The notes beneath the pieces are model-generated. The model was given only the letters and a program-made list of their open reading frames with translations. It did not search any database and was not told the DNA's origin. The position numbers were made by a program, and so were the translations under genes. This document shows positions 1 to 8,320 of a DNA stretch of 64,000 nt, one piece after another; the first letter of the stretch is position 1, and every line of letters begins with the position of its first letter. Source of the DNA: Vulcanimicrobiota bacterium. GTDB taxonomy: Bacteria > Vulcanimicrobiota > Vulcanimicrobiia > Vulcanimicrobiales > Vulcanimicrobiaceae. The stretch is from the NCBI GenBank assembly GCA_963795855.1, contig CAWCIZ010000003.1:256001-320000 (forward strand), written 5' to 3'.

Positions 1-309
1 GAACGGCTTGACGAGATAATCGTCCGCGCCGCTGTCGAGCCCGCGCACTCTGTCCTCTACTGCATCGCGCGCGGTAAGCATCAAGAGCGGAGTCTGCACG
101 CCCTGCGAACGCGCCGATTTCGCGATCGAAAAGCCGTCGCGCGCAGGCAGCACCACATCGACGATCGCTGCCTCGTACGTTTGCCGAAGCAGATAATCCA
201 GTCCCGTATCGCCGTCCGGCGCAACGTCCACCGCGTACTTCTGCCGCTCGAGCATCGCCTGCACCGCGCCGGCGACCGAAGGATTATCCTCGATCACCAA
301 AATGCGCAT
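1..309 (-). CDS. OmpR/PhoB-family response regulator (N-terminal receiver; runs off window start)
   Basis: Manual translation MRILVIEDNPSVA...AIVDVVLPARDGF...LMLTARDAVEDRVRGLDSGADDYLVKPF; ATG 2 nt downstream of the previous gene's stop. Confidence 0.93.
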   Translation of the reverse strand, partial: MRILVIEDNPSVAGAVQAMLERQKYAVDVAPDGDTGLDYLLRQTYEAAIVDVVLPARDGFSIAKSARSQGVQTPLLMLTARDAVEDRVRGLDSGADDYLVKPF

Positions 310-311
310 GG

Positions 312-1445
312 CTAGAGATTCGGCGGCCAGGGCGCGCCCACCGTCAAGGCGGCGCCGAAATGTCCGGTCCCGCCGATGGTTTGCACTTCCTGGAAGAGTA
401 AGCGCGCGTGCGGCGTGACGTGGAAAGCCGCGTAGTAGATGACGTCTCGAGCCGTGAACGGCGAGGCGGCGGCGTCGTAACGGACGCCCACGTAGGTGTG
501 GGGCGTCGGATAGTATTTGAACCGCACGTATCCGCCGCTGCTGCCGACCACGGTACCGAACCCGTCGGCGTCGGCATCGCGGCCCCACCATTGTTCCGCC
601 TGCAAATCGAAGCGGCCGGCGACCGCGTGCAGTAATGCGCCGGCTCGGCGGTATCCGTCCGCGAATCCGCCCGTTCCGGCCGGCACGATCCAGCGCGTTC
701 CCGAAATCCACTCCCCGCCCAGCGTCACGCCGCGTGCGACCGGCGCGCGCAAAAACAGGCCGATTTCAGGCGACTTCGCCGAGGTGGTCTCGCCCGTAGC
801 CAGCGGCTTTCCCCCGTATGCGGAACCTTTGTATTCGCCGGTCGAAATCGTGACGTCGCCGGTCACCGCGCCGGACGTACGCTCGAGTTGTACGCCCCAG
901 CGCGGCGAGGAGAGCGCGAGATCGTTCAGGCCGACGTGACTTCCGTAATACCCGTACTCGGTGAGATCGTCCAAACGCTGACCCGGCGATTGGGCCAGCG
1001 GCAATTCGAAGAGCCCAGCGCGGTACAACGACTTCGTATGCGGGTTGTACGTGGCGAGATACCCCAAAAAGAGCGCGCTCGGACCGCCGCCTGCGCCGAG
1101 ATTGTAATGCACGAACACGCTGATTCTGCCGATGTCCGCGTTCGAAAGAAGCACGCCGCCCGGAGAGAAGCGGCGGCTTCCGGGAACGGGATCTTTTTCG
1201 TATTCGAGTTGATACCGCAGCGCGATTCCCGTCGTGCCGTGCTTCGGAAGCGGCAGTTGATAGCCGTGCGCGCGAAACGAAAGTCCGAATGCATTGAGTT
1301 CGGGGAGCACCGAGTGACAGGCGCCGCACTGCAAACGATACCGCTGCGCGAAAAGCGGAATGGCGCTCGCGGGCTGTGGACTTGTGGCGAACGCGGCGGC
1401 GAGCAGCGCAAAAAACGCAATCGCGCACGCGAATTTACTGCGCAA
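312..1445 (-). CDS. Cyc2-like fused monoheme cytochrome c / outer-membrane beta-barrel protein
   Basis: Signal peptide followed by AIPLFAQRYRLQCGACHSVLPELNAFGLSFRAHGY (PxFA...CxxCH...PxLxxFGxxF), then amphipathic beta-strand-like sequence; TTG start at 1445 inferred from overlap with the upstream stop. Confidence 0.75.
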   Translation of the reverse strand: MRSKFACAIAFFALLAAAFATSPQPASAIPLFAQRYRLQCGACHSVLPELNAFGLSFRAHGYQLPLPKHGTTGIALRYQLEYEKDPVPGSRRFSPGGVLLSNADIGRISVFVHYNLGAGGGPSALFLGYLATYNPHTKSLYRAGLFELPLAQSPGQRLDDLTEYGYYGSHVGLNDLALSSPRWGVQLERTSGAVTGDVTISTGEYKGSAYGGKPLATGETTSAKSPEIGLFLRAPVARGVTLGGEWISGTRWIVPAGTGGFADGYRRAGALLHAVAGRFDLQAEQWWGRDADADGFGTVVGSSGGYVRFKYYPTPHTYVGVRYDAAASPFTARDVIYYAAFHVTPHARLLFQEVQTIGGTGHFGAALTVGAPWPPNL

Positions 1446-1908
1446 CGATCGCTCCCCGCATGGGCGCGCCGTAGTGGAAGAAGCAGCCAAACAAATACGT
1501 GCCGGGCGCGTCAATCCGTATCAGCTGCGAACTCTGTCCGGCCTGCAGCGCGCCGCTGCTCCACGCCGACGAAACGGCGCTGCCGGCCTGCGTCTGCGCG
1601 CTTACGCTGAACGGCGAACTCGCGGGAAACACGGCGGCGCCGGGAATGGCGGTAGCCGTATGCGCAAAGCCGTCGGAATTTACGAATTGCACGAAACTCC
1701 CCACCGCAACGTTCGTTTGTGCCGGCGCATAACCGGCTGACGCGCCCGCCGGCAGCGCAGTCGTTGCGGAATGCAGCGTGAGATTGATGTCGATCTTGGC
1801 GATCTGGGCGCCGCCCGGCGAGACGCTCCCCGTCGTCGCGGACCCGGGCATGCCGCCCGGAGTGCAGGCCGTCAACAGCACGAGCAGCGCAAATCCGATC
1901 CATTTCAT
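1435..1908 (-). CDS. cupredoxin (plastocyanin/azurin-like) lipoprotein
   Basis: MKWIGFALLVLLTAC lipobox; type-1 Cu ligands H(TAT)...CFFHYGAPM. Confidence 0.88.
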   Translation of the reverse strand: MKWIGFALLVLLTACTPGGMPGSATTGSVSPGGAQIAKIDINLTLHSATTALPAGASAGYAPAQTNVAVGSFVQFVNSDGFAHTATAIPGAAVFPASSPFSVSAQTQAGSAVSSAWSSGALQAGQSSQLIRIDAPGTYLFGCFFHYGAPMRGAIVAQ

Positions 1909-2456
1909 CGGGCAAGCTCCACGAGTTGATCGCCGAGGGCGGTCGAGGCAAGCATCGTTTTGCGCAACTGGCCGCGGCCGTCGATGAAATACACGAACGT
2001 GGTGTGCACGTCGGCGTAGCCGTCGCGCCCGCGCTGCGCCACGACGCCGAACGCGCGCATCACCGCATGAACGTCCGCGCGCGAACCGCCCGCGACGATC
2101 CACGTTCGCGGATCGGCCTGGAACCGGCGCGCAATGCCGCGCATGTCGCGCAGTGAATCGTGCTCCGGATCGAGCGTGATCGTGAGCAGTCGGACGCGCG
2201 CGTGAGTTTCCGCTAAGCGGCGCGCGGCTTGCGCGAACTGCGCGTTGATGAGCGGACACGCGTCGGTGCAATGCGCTGCGACGAACGTCACGACCAGCGG
2301 TATTCCGCGCAGCGTTTGGAACGTGAACGCGTGTCCGTTCTGATCGATCAGCCGCGGCAACCGCAGGCAGGATGCCGTGCACCCGGCCTGCGCGGGAAGG
2401 GCAAGCGCGAACGCTGCCAGGATGGCGAACGCGCTTGCCCGGATGACGCTGGGCAC
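1905..2456 (-). CDS. SCO1/SenC copper chaperone
   Basis: LIDQNG, CTDAC (CxxxC), ITLDPEHDS, distal H(TT)FVYFID; GTG start inferred. Confidence 0.9.
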   Translation of the reverse strand: MPSVIRASAFAILAAFALALPAQAGCTASCLRLPRLIDQNGHAFTFQTLRGIPLVVTFVAAHCTDACPLINAQFAQAARRLAETHARVRLLTITLDPEHDSLRDMRGIARRFQADPRTWIVAGGSRADVHAVMRAFGVVAQRGRDGYADVHTTFVYFIDGRGQLRKTMLASTALGDQLVELAR

Positions 2457-2457
2457 G

Positions 2458-3066
2458 TTAGTAGCCGTAACCACCGCCCGGCGGGGGCGAATTGCCGCTG
2501 CTGGGCTGCGGCGTGGCTTGCGGTCCCGGCGTCGCGTTTGCACTCACCAACAAGATGTCGCGCATGCTCGGCGCAACCATGTAGTGATAAGCGCAACCGA
2601 TGTAGTAGGTGCCGGGCGTCGACAGCGTTACGCTGACCGTGCCGCCCGGAGCGATGGTGCCGCTCGTGTAATGTCCGTCGAGCGACGTGCTTCCCGACGC
2701 GCTCGTCGAGAGCGCCGGACTTGCGGGAAACGCGCTGGTGCTCAGCACGTTCAGCGTGTGCGGCGTCGTCGACGACAGGTTCTTAAGCGTAATGACGGTA
2801 CCCGGCGCGAATGCCAGTACCTGCGAATACGTCTGCTGCGTATATCCGCCGAGAAGTCCGTACGGTGCGGTGCTCACCGTACCGATCGCGCCGCTCGGGA
2901 GAGCGATTCCGATGGTTTGCGATGAGACCGGAGGTGGTGTAGAACCGCCGCCGCCTCCTCCGCCGCCCGGCAGTGGTGTGGTGCCTCCGCCTCCGCCTCC
3001 GCCGCATGCGGCTAGCAGAGCGGTAAGCGCGAATAGTGCAATGAGTGAGTCTCTGAGTCGAAACAT
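2458..3066 (-). CDS. cupredoxin lipoprotein with Gly/Pro linker
   Basis: GGAGGAGG RBS; LAAC lipobox plus poly-Gly; PHTL...PGTYYIGCAYHYMVAPSM Cu ligands. Confidence 0.88.
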   Translation of the reverse strand: MFRLRDSLIALFALTALLAACGGGGGGGTTPLPGGGGGGGGSTPPPVSSQTIGIALPSGAIGTVSTAPYGLLGGYTQQTYSQVLAFAPGTVITLKNLSSTTPHTLNVLSTSAFPASPALSTSASGSTSLDGHYTSGTIAPGGTVSVTLSTPGTYYIGCAYHYMVAPSMRDILLVSANATPGPQATPQPSSGNSPPPGGGYGY

Positions 3067-3130
3067 ACGCCCTCCTCCAAACCGTGTAGTTCGGGAAGAG
3101 CGTAGAATCAAGAAATGAAAAAAGTTTGAA

Positions 3131-3949
3131 TTACGGTTTCGCTATCGCGTCGCGCATCGCGATCGCCAGATTCTGCAGCGCCGCATCGCTTTGGGCGTCG
3201 CGCGCCGCCGCGTCGAACGCGGCGCGCGCCTCCGCGCGCTTGCCGCGGCGAAGGAGCACGGTTCCCAGTGCAAAGCGTGCGCGCCCGTACGACGGCGCAA
3301 GGTCGAGCGCGATTCGCAATTCTTGTTCCGCTGCCGCATAACGGCCTTGCTGCACTTGCGCGAGTGCAAGGTCGTAATGGGCGAGCGCGTATTGCGGATC
3401 GGATTGCAGCAACTGGCCGAAACTTGCACGAGCCGCCGCGGAGTCGCCCTGACGCAGCGCGGCAATGCCCTCCGAGTACAAAGCGCGCGCCGAGTCCGGC
3501 GCGAGCGCGACGAATTTATCGGCCACGGATCGCGCTTCGCGCAAATCGCCGCGCGCAAGATCTACCGCAATCAAATTCGCCATCGCGGCAAGAAACTCGG
3601 GGTCGCCGGCAAGCGCCGAGCGGAAAACGCGCGCCGCGTCGTCGAGCCGCTGCAAGTGCGCGTACGCGATTCCCGCATCGTAGTATGCCGTAGAAAATTG
3701 CGGTTCGGATGGACGCAATGCGATGACACGTTCGAATTCGGCGGCCGCAGCGGCCCACGCGCCTTTTCGCTCCGCGTCCAGACCGAACACGAAGCGCTCG
3801 TGCACCTCACGCGCTTGCGCGAGCGCCCGCAGCGCGCGAACGTCCGTCGTGCGGGGCGGCGGCGTCGAGGTGCCGTACGTCTGCGCGCGGGCCAATGCGG
3901 TGCTTGCCGCGAGAACGATCAGCGCCGCAGCGACCCTTCGAAACGTCAC
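3131..3949 (-). CDS. secreted tetratricopeptide-repeat protein
   Basis: Signal peptide; repeated AxYxLG/AxxxDP TPR pattern. Confidence 0.85.
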   Translation of the reverse strand: MTFRRVAAALIVLAASTALARAQTYGTSTPPPRTTDVRALRALAQAREVHERFVFGLDAERKGAWAAAAAEFERVIALRPSEPQFSTAYYDAGIAYAHLQRLDDAARVFRSALAGDPEFLAAMANLIAVDLARGDLREARSVADKFVALAPDSARALYSEGIAALRQGDSAAARASFGQLLQSDPQYALAHYDLALAQVQQGRYAAAEQELRIALDLAPSYGRARFALGTVLLRRGKRAEARAAFDAAARDAQSDAALQNLAIAMRDAIAKP

Positions 3950-3951
3950 GC

Positions 3952-4206
3952 TTACGGCGCCGCGGAGTCGGGAAGTTCGGCGTCGCGCCAATGCTTCGCG
4001 GATGCCGCTTGCTCCGGCTTGCACGCCCAGCCCTTGCGGCCGGCTTCAGTAATCGGGCCGAGCAGCGAAGGAGCGGCCGACGGCTGCAGCGCGCCTTCGA
4101 GCGTCGATTCGACCGAAGCGGCGCCGGCAATACCGGCTGCGGCGCCGCCGGCGGCGGCGGTGAGCAGCACGGCGCACAGCACGACGCGAACCCAGAGCCT
4201 TGACAT
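3952..4206 (-). CDS. small exported hypothetical protein (84 aa)
   Basis: MSRLWVRVVLCAVLLTAAAG... with GGAAGAG upstream; stop 2 nt before the TPR gene start. Confidence 0.6.
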   Translation of the reverse strand: MSRLWVRVVLCAVLLTAAAGGAAAGIAGAASVESTLEGALQPSAAPSLLGPITEAGRKGWACKPEQAASAKHWRDAELPDSAAP

Positions 4207-4239
4207 CTCTTCCAGTATAGCCCAAGGTCTGAAGAATAC

Positions 4240-6038
4240 GTGAATCGCTGCCTGCTTGTGCTGTTCTTGCCTGCCCTGCTGGCGGCGGCTCCCACGCCGC
4301 TCGTGGTCGGCACGGTTCGCGATCAGGAAGGCGCGCCGGTTGCGGGTGCGAGCATTCGCTCCGGTACGAGCAGTACGCAAACCGACGCGCAAGGCACGTT
4401 CGCCTTGCAGGCCGCGAACGTGCGCAGACTCGCAATTACGTGTGCGTACTGCGAACCGCTCATACTTGCGGTGACGCCGGACGAACCGGTCGTCGCACTC
4501 GTACGCCGTTACAACGCGCTCGCGCAAGAGACGCCCTCCGAACGCGACGTCGCATCCGTGCCGTACGCGCACGTCGAATCGGTCGCTGCGCTGCGTCCCT
4601 TCTCCGTGCTCGAAAACAGACTCGGCTCCGCTTCCCGGACCGCAACTTTCCGATCGCGGACTCTCGTCTCGCGGCATGCTGGTGCTTGCAAACGGGATCC
4701 CCGCATACGACGTCGCGACGAATCAATCGCCGTTCGTTGCATTTCCCGCGTATTCGGTTCGTAATATGTCGTGGTTCTCTCCGAGCGAGGCGTTTTCGTA
4801 CGGGGACTTGGCCGGCGGTGGAACGCTGCTCGCACAGACGTACGGCGGCGATTCGCCGGACGTCGTCGCGGCCGGCGGCAGCAGCGCGGTTCGCACGGGT
4901 CAATCGTTCGAAAACGGCGCCTGGTCGGCGGCCGGCTCGCATGAGGCGCAGGACGCGCGCACACGCGCCGATGGTTTCGTCCGCGTACCGCTTTCCGACG
5001 CCGGGCTCTTTTTCACGGCCGCCGCGTCAGGCGATTACTCGTCGAAAGCCGAGCAAGATCTCGATACGTCGAACAGCGGAATCGCCGCCGAGTACGTCAG
5101 TTCCCGTGCAAATCGCGTCGACGCATCGCTTTCCGCGGACGGCGGCGGGTATAGCGGCGACAGCCCTTACGCGACGTATTCGGCCAGGTGGAGCGACGTG
5201 CAGGCGCAAGCGGAAGTTGCAACGCAGACGCGCGTGCAATTCTTTGCCGGCGCCGCCGGGCGCGCGTCGAGCGGCTATTACCGAACTTCCGATCCGGCGC
5301 TGCCGTTGACCGCAGGCACGGTCGGGCAAACGCGGCTCGATGTGGGCGCGCGAACCGCCGGCGATCGCTTCAGCGCGCAGCTCGGTATCGGCGCTTTCGG
5401 CATGCAGTACGCCGGGGGTTCGGGCACGGCGCCAAGCGCGTTCGACGGTGCTGCGTTGCTGCCGTCGTTTTCCGGATCGTATGCGTTCGACCCGCACTGG
5501 ACGCTGCGTTTGCAGGCCGGCGGCTCGTTCACGCTTCCGACGATTTTGGAGGCGTTCGTGACTCCGCCGGAAACGCCCGCGCTGCTCTTCGATCGCAATT
5601 TTTCATTCGTGCAAACGCTCGAATACGGCGACCTGCGGCGATTTCGCGCATCGGTGACGACGGCGGCAGAAACGGTGAGCGGTCTCGACCGCGGAACGAT
5701 TCATGCCGCAGGCATTTCCGCAGCGTGGCAGTTCGCACCGGCCCTATCGCTGCGAGCATGGATCCTGCGAGACAACGATCTGACGCAGCCGTACGAGGGG
5801 GTATATCGTTTCGGAACGCCGCCGGCACCCGCGACCGTCGGTTCGTATTGGATCACGTACGAAGGCCCCGGCATGCGGCTCGATGCAATTTATAGCCGCG
5901 ACTTGCTCGACTATCGCGCGGATCCGCATCTCGATTTGTCGATTTCAACGCCGCTCGGGAAGCAGACTGCGCATTTTCGCGGCGAGCGAGCGGCGCGCGG
6001 GCATCCGCTCCTTCAGCATCGGGTTACGGAATCAATAA
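4240..6038 (+). CDS. TonB-dependent-receptor-like outer membrane protein with N-terminal carboxypeptidase-regulatory-like domain (two apparent frameshifts, ~4620-4680 and ~5965)
   Basis: GTVRDQEGAPVAGASI...TDAQGTF; plug-like MLVLANGIP; barrel strands LPSFSGSYAFDPHWTLRLQAG; the alternative frame ends ...RSFSIGLRNQ* at 6038. Confidence 0.7.
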
Positions 6039-7756
6039 CCCGCAGCAAGGCCTGTGGAGCGACGCCGATCGGTGCCGCCGTACCGAACGCCGCTTGCCGG
6101 ATCGACGAGCACCGCCTGCGCGGAGCCCCATGACGGAACTTCCCGGAACGTATAACCCATCGGTTTGAGCTGCGCGAGCGCGTTGCCGTCGAGCGCTCCC
6201 GGCTCCATTTCGACGCGATCGGGCAGCCATTGCATGTGCAGGCGCGGCGCGTTCACCGCTTGTTGAACGTTCATGCCGTAATCGATGACGTTTTGAATCG
6301 TGCTCAGAACGATCGTGATGATGCGCGATCCGCCCGGGCTGCCCGTTACCATGAATAGTTTGCCGCTTTTCGTGACGATCGTCGGCGTCATCGACGAGAG
6401 CGGGCGCTTTTCGGGCTGGATGTCGTTTTGGACGCCCTGAACCAACCCGAACATGTTCGGGGTGCCGGGCTTGCTGGTGAAATCATCCATCTCGTCGTTG
6501 AGAAAAAAACCCGTGTCGCCCGCGATGACGCCCGCACCGAACAGATCGTTGATCGTGTACGTAACCGCAACCGCGTTGCCCCACTTGTCGACGATGGAAT
6601 AGTGCGTGGTATCGTCGCCCTCGTGCGCCACGGGGCCCAGCCCCGGATGTACGTCGACCGACGGCGTGGCTTTTGCGGCGTCGATCGACGCACGCAATTT
6701 CGCGGCGTAATCAGACGACAGCAAATCCGCCACGGGATTTTTCACGAACGCCGGATCGCCCAAATACGTATTGCGATCCGCATATGCGCGCCGCTCGGCT
6801 TCGATGACGTAGTGAGCGCTCTGAGCGCTGTGCCAGCCCCACTCGTGCAACGGATACGCCGACAGCACGTTGAGAAGCTCGCAGAGCGTAACTCCGCCTG
6901 AACTCGGCGGCGGCGCCGAGATGACGTCGTATCCGCGGTAGCTGCAATGCACCGGCGCAGGCTCGTCGACGGCGTAGCGCTTGAAATCGTCCATGGAGAG
7001 CATGCCGCCGCCTTTGTAGCTCGCATCGACGATCGCTTGTGCGATCGGCCCGTCATAGAACGCGGTAGCGCCGCTTGTCGCGATAGCGCGCAGCGTAGCA
7101 GCGAGTTGCGGCTGGCGAAGCACCTCGCCGGCTTGCGGCAAATGTCCCGTCTTCATGAATATCGCACGCACGTTGCGTTGATTCGCGATCGTGTACGCGC
7201 CGTTCGCGCTTGTGGAAGACGCCTCGTTGAAAATTGCGGCGTCTCCGGGCTCGATACGAAATCCGCCGGCGGCCAAATGAATTGCGGGTGCCATCAGCAC
7301 GCTGCGCGGCAAGGTCGCAAAATCGGCGCGTGCCCGCTCCATGCCCATGACCGTGCCGGGAACGCCCACCGCCAAATAGCCTTTTGTGCTCGCGCGCGGC
7401 TCGATATTGCCGGCGGCGTCCAAGTACATGTGCGGGTTCGCTCGAAGCGGCGCCTTTTCACGAAAGTCGATGAAGCGCTCGTGCCCGTCGTGCATGCGCA
7501 CGAGCATGAATCCACCTCCGCCGATATTGCCGCAGCACGGATCCACCACGGCAAGCGCGTACCCAACTGCGATTGCGGCGTCGACCGCGTTGCCGCCGCG
7601 GCGCAGAATGCTTACGCCGGCTTGCGTCGCGTAACGCTGTTCCGTTGCAACCATTGCATGCGGCGCGCTCGCGGGGTGAACGCTTTGCCACGGCGGCGCC
7701 TGCGCGGGCGTGGCGGCCAGCAACACCGGAAGCGCAAGTAAGGCTCGCCTAATCAT
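6032..7756 (-). CDS. ggt: gamma-glutamyltransferase
   Basis: GGNAVDAA, GNIGGGGF, TTHYSIVD nucleophile, NDEMDDF, RPLSSMTP, GSPGG. Confidence 0.96.
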   Translation of the reverse strand: MIRRALLALPVLLAATPAQAPPWQSVHPASAPHAMVATEQRYATQAGVSILRRGGNAVDAAIAVGYALAVVDPCCGNIGGGGFMLVRMHDGHERFIDFREKAPLRANPHMYLDAAGNIEPRASTKGYLAVGVPGTVMGMERARADFATLPRSVLMAPAIHLAAGGFRIEPGDAAIFNEASSTSANGAYTIANQRNVRAIFMKTGHLPQAGEVLRQPQLAATLRAIATSGATAFYDGPIAQAIVDASYKGGGMLSMDDFKRYAVDEPAPVHCSYRGYDVISAPPPSSGGVTLCELLNVLSAYPLHEWGWHSAQSAHYVIEAERRAYADRNTYLGDPAFVKNPVADLLSSDYAAKLRASIDAAKATPSVDVHPGLGPVAHEGDDTTHYSIVDKWGNAVAVTYTINDLFGAGVIAGDTGFFLNDEMDDFTSKPGTPNMFGLVQGVQNDIQPEKRPLSSMTPTIVTKSGKLFMVTGSPGGSRIITIVLSTIQNVIDYGMNVQQAVNAPRLHMQWLPDRVEMEPGALDGNALAQLKPMGYTFREVPSWGSAQAVLVDPASGVRYGGTDRRRSTGLAAGY

Positions 7757-7847
7757 TATGGCAAATTCCTCTCCAGTGTCCGTTCGAACTTGGCAAATTC
7801 GCCGAAGCCCTTCTTTGCAAGGCGGTCCCGGCACTGCTCCGAGGTAA

Positions 7848-8192
7848 TCATACGGGCTTGCCCTTCTTACGGGGGATGCGGCGCAATGCTTCAACCGCGC
7901 CCGCTACGTCCGGGTCGGCGAGGGACAGACGCAAGAGCAGCGAGCGCAGCTCGCTGAACGCAAAATAATGCGGGTTCAAGGTGATTCGCCGTTCACGACC
8001 GCTGGTTCGAATGGCGAGAACGCCGTCAGTCTCGAGCGCATCGACGATTCGCTGCACGGACAACAACGGAGCCTTCAGAACGCGCGCGACTTCTCGAGCG
8101 TACGTCTCTTCCAGAAGGGCAATGCACACCAGCACCTCTGTCCGGCGTCGGCTGCCTAGGACGCGGGACTTTGCGCCGATGGGGCTTCTCAT
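7848..8192 (-). CDS. small winged-helix (ArsR/MarR-like) DNA-binding protein
   Basis: YAREVARVLKAPLLSVQRIVDALETDGVL...GRER; GAGGA RBS. Confidence 0.75.
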   Translation of the reverse strand: MRSPIGAKSRVLGSRRRTEVLVCIALLEETYAREVARVLKAPLLSVQRIVDALETDGVLAIRTSGRERRITLNPHYFAFSELRSLLLRLSLADPDVAGAVEALRRIPRKKGKPV

Positions 8193-8206
8193 AGCGTCCT
8201 CAGCTC

Positions 8207-8248
8207 CGACTACAATTGCGTAGTCGTACGACTAAGATATCGTAGTCA
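8207..8248. promoter_or_regulatory. tandem palindromic operator candidates
   Basis: CGACTAC-N6-GTAGTCG (8207-8226) and CGACTA-N8-TAGTCA (8229-8248) lie between the divergent wHTH gene and pnp. Confidence 0.65.
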
Positions 8249-8320
8249 GAGCGGGAAGTCCAGGGATTTCCCCGAACCCGCCACGGTTCAATCAAGAGCA
8301 ACAATAAAGTAGGAGTAACC

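Noticed and set aside
2940..3005. CCG/CCT short tandem repeats
   Set aside because: They encode the poly-Gly linker of the lipoprotein; not an array
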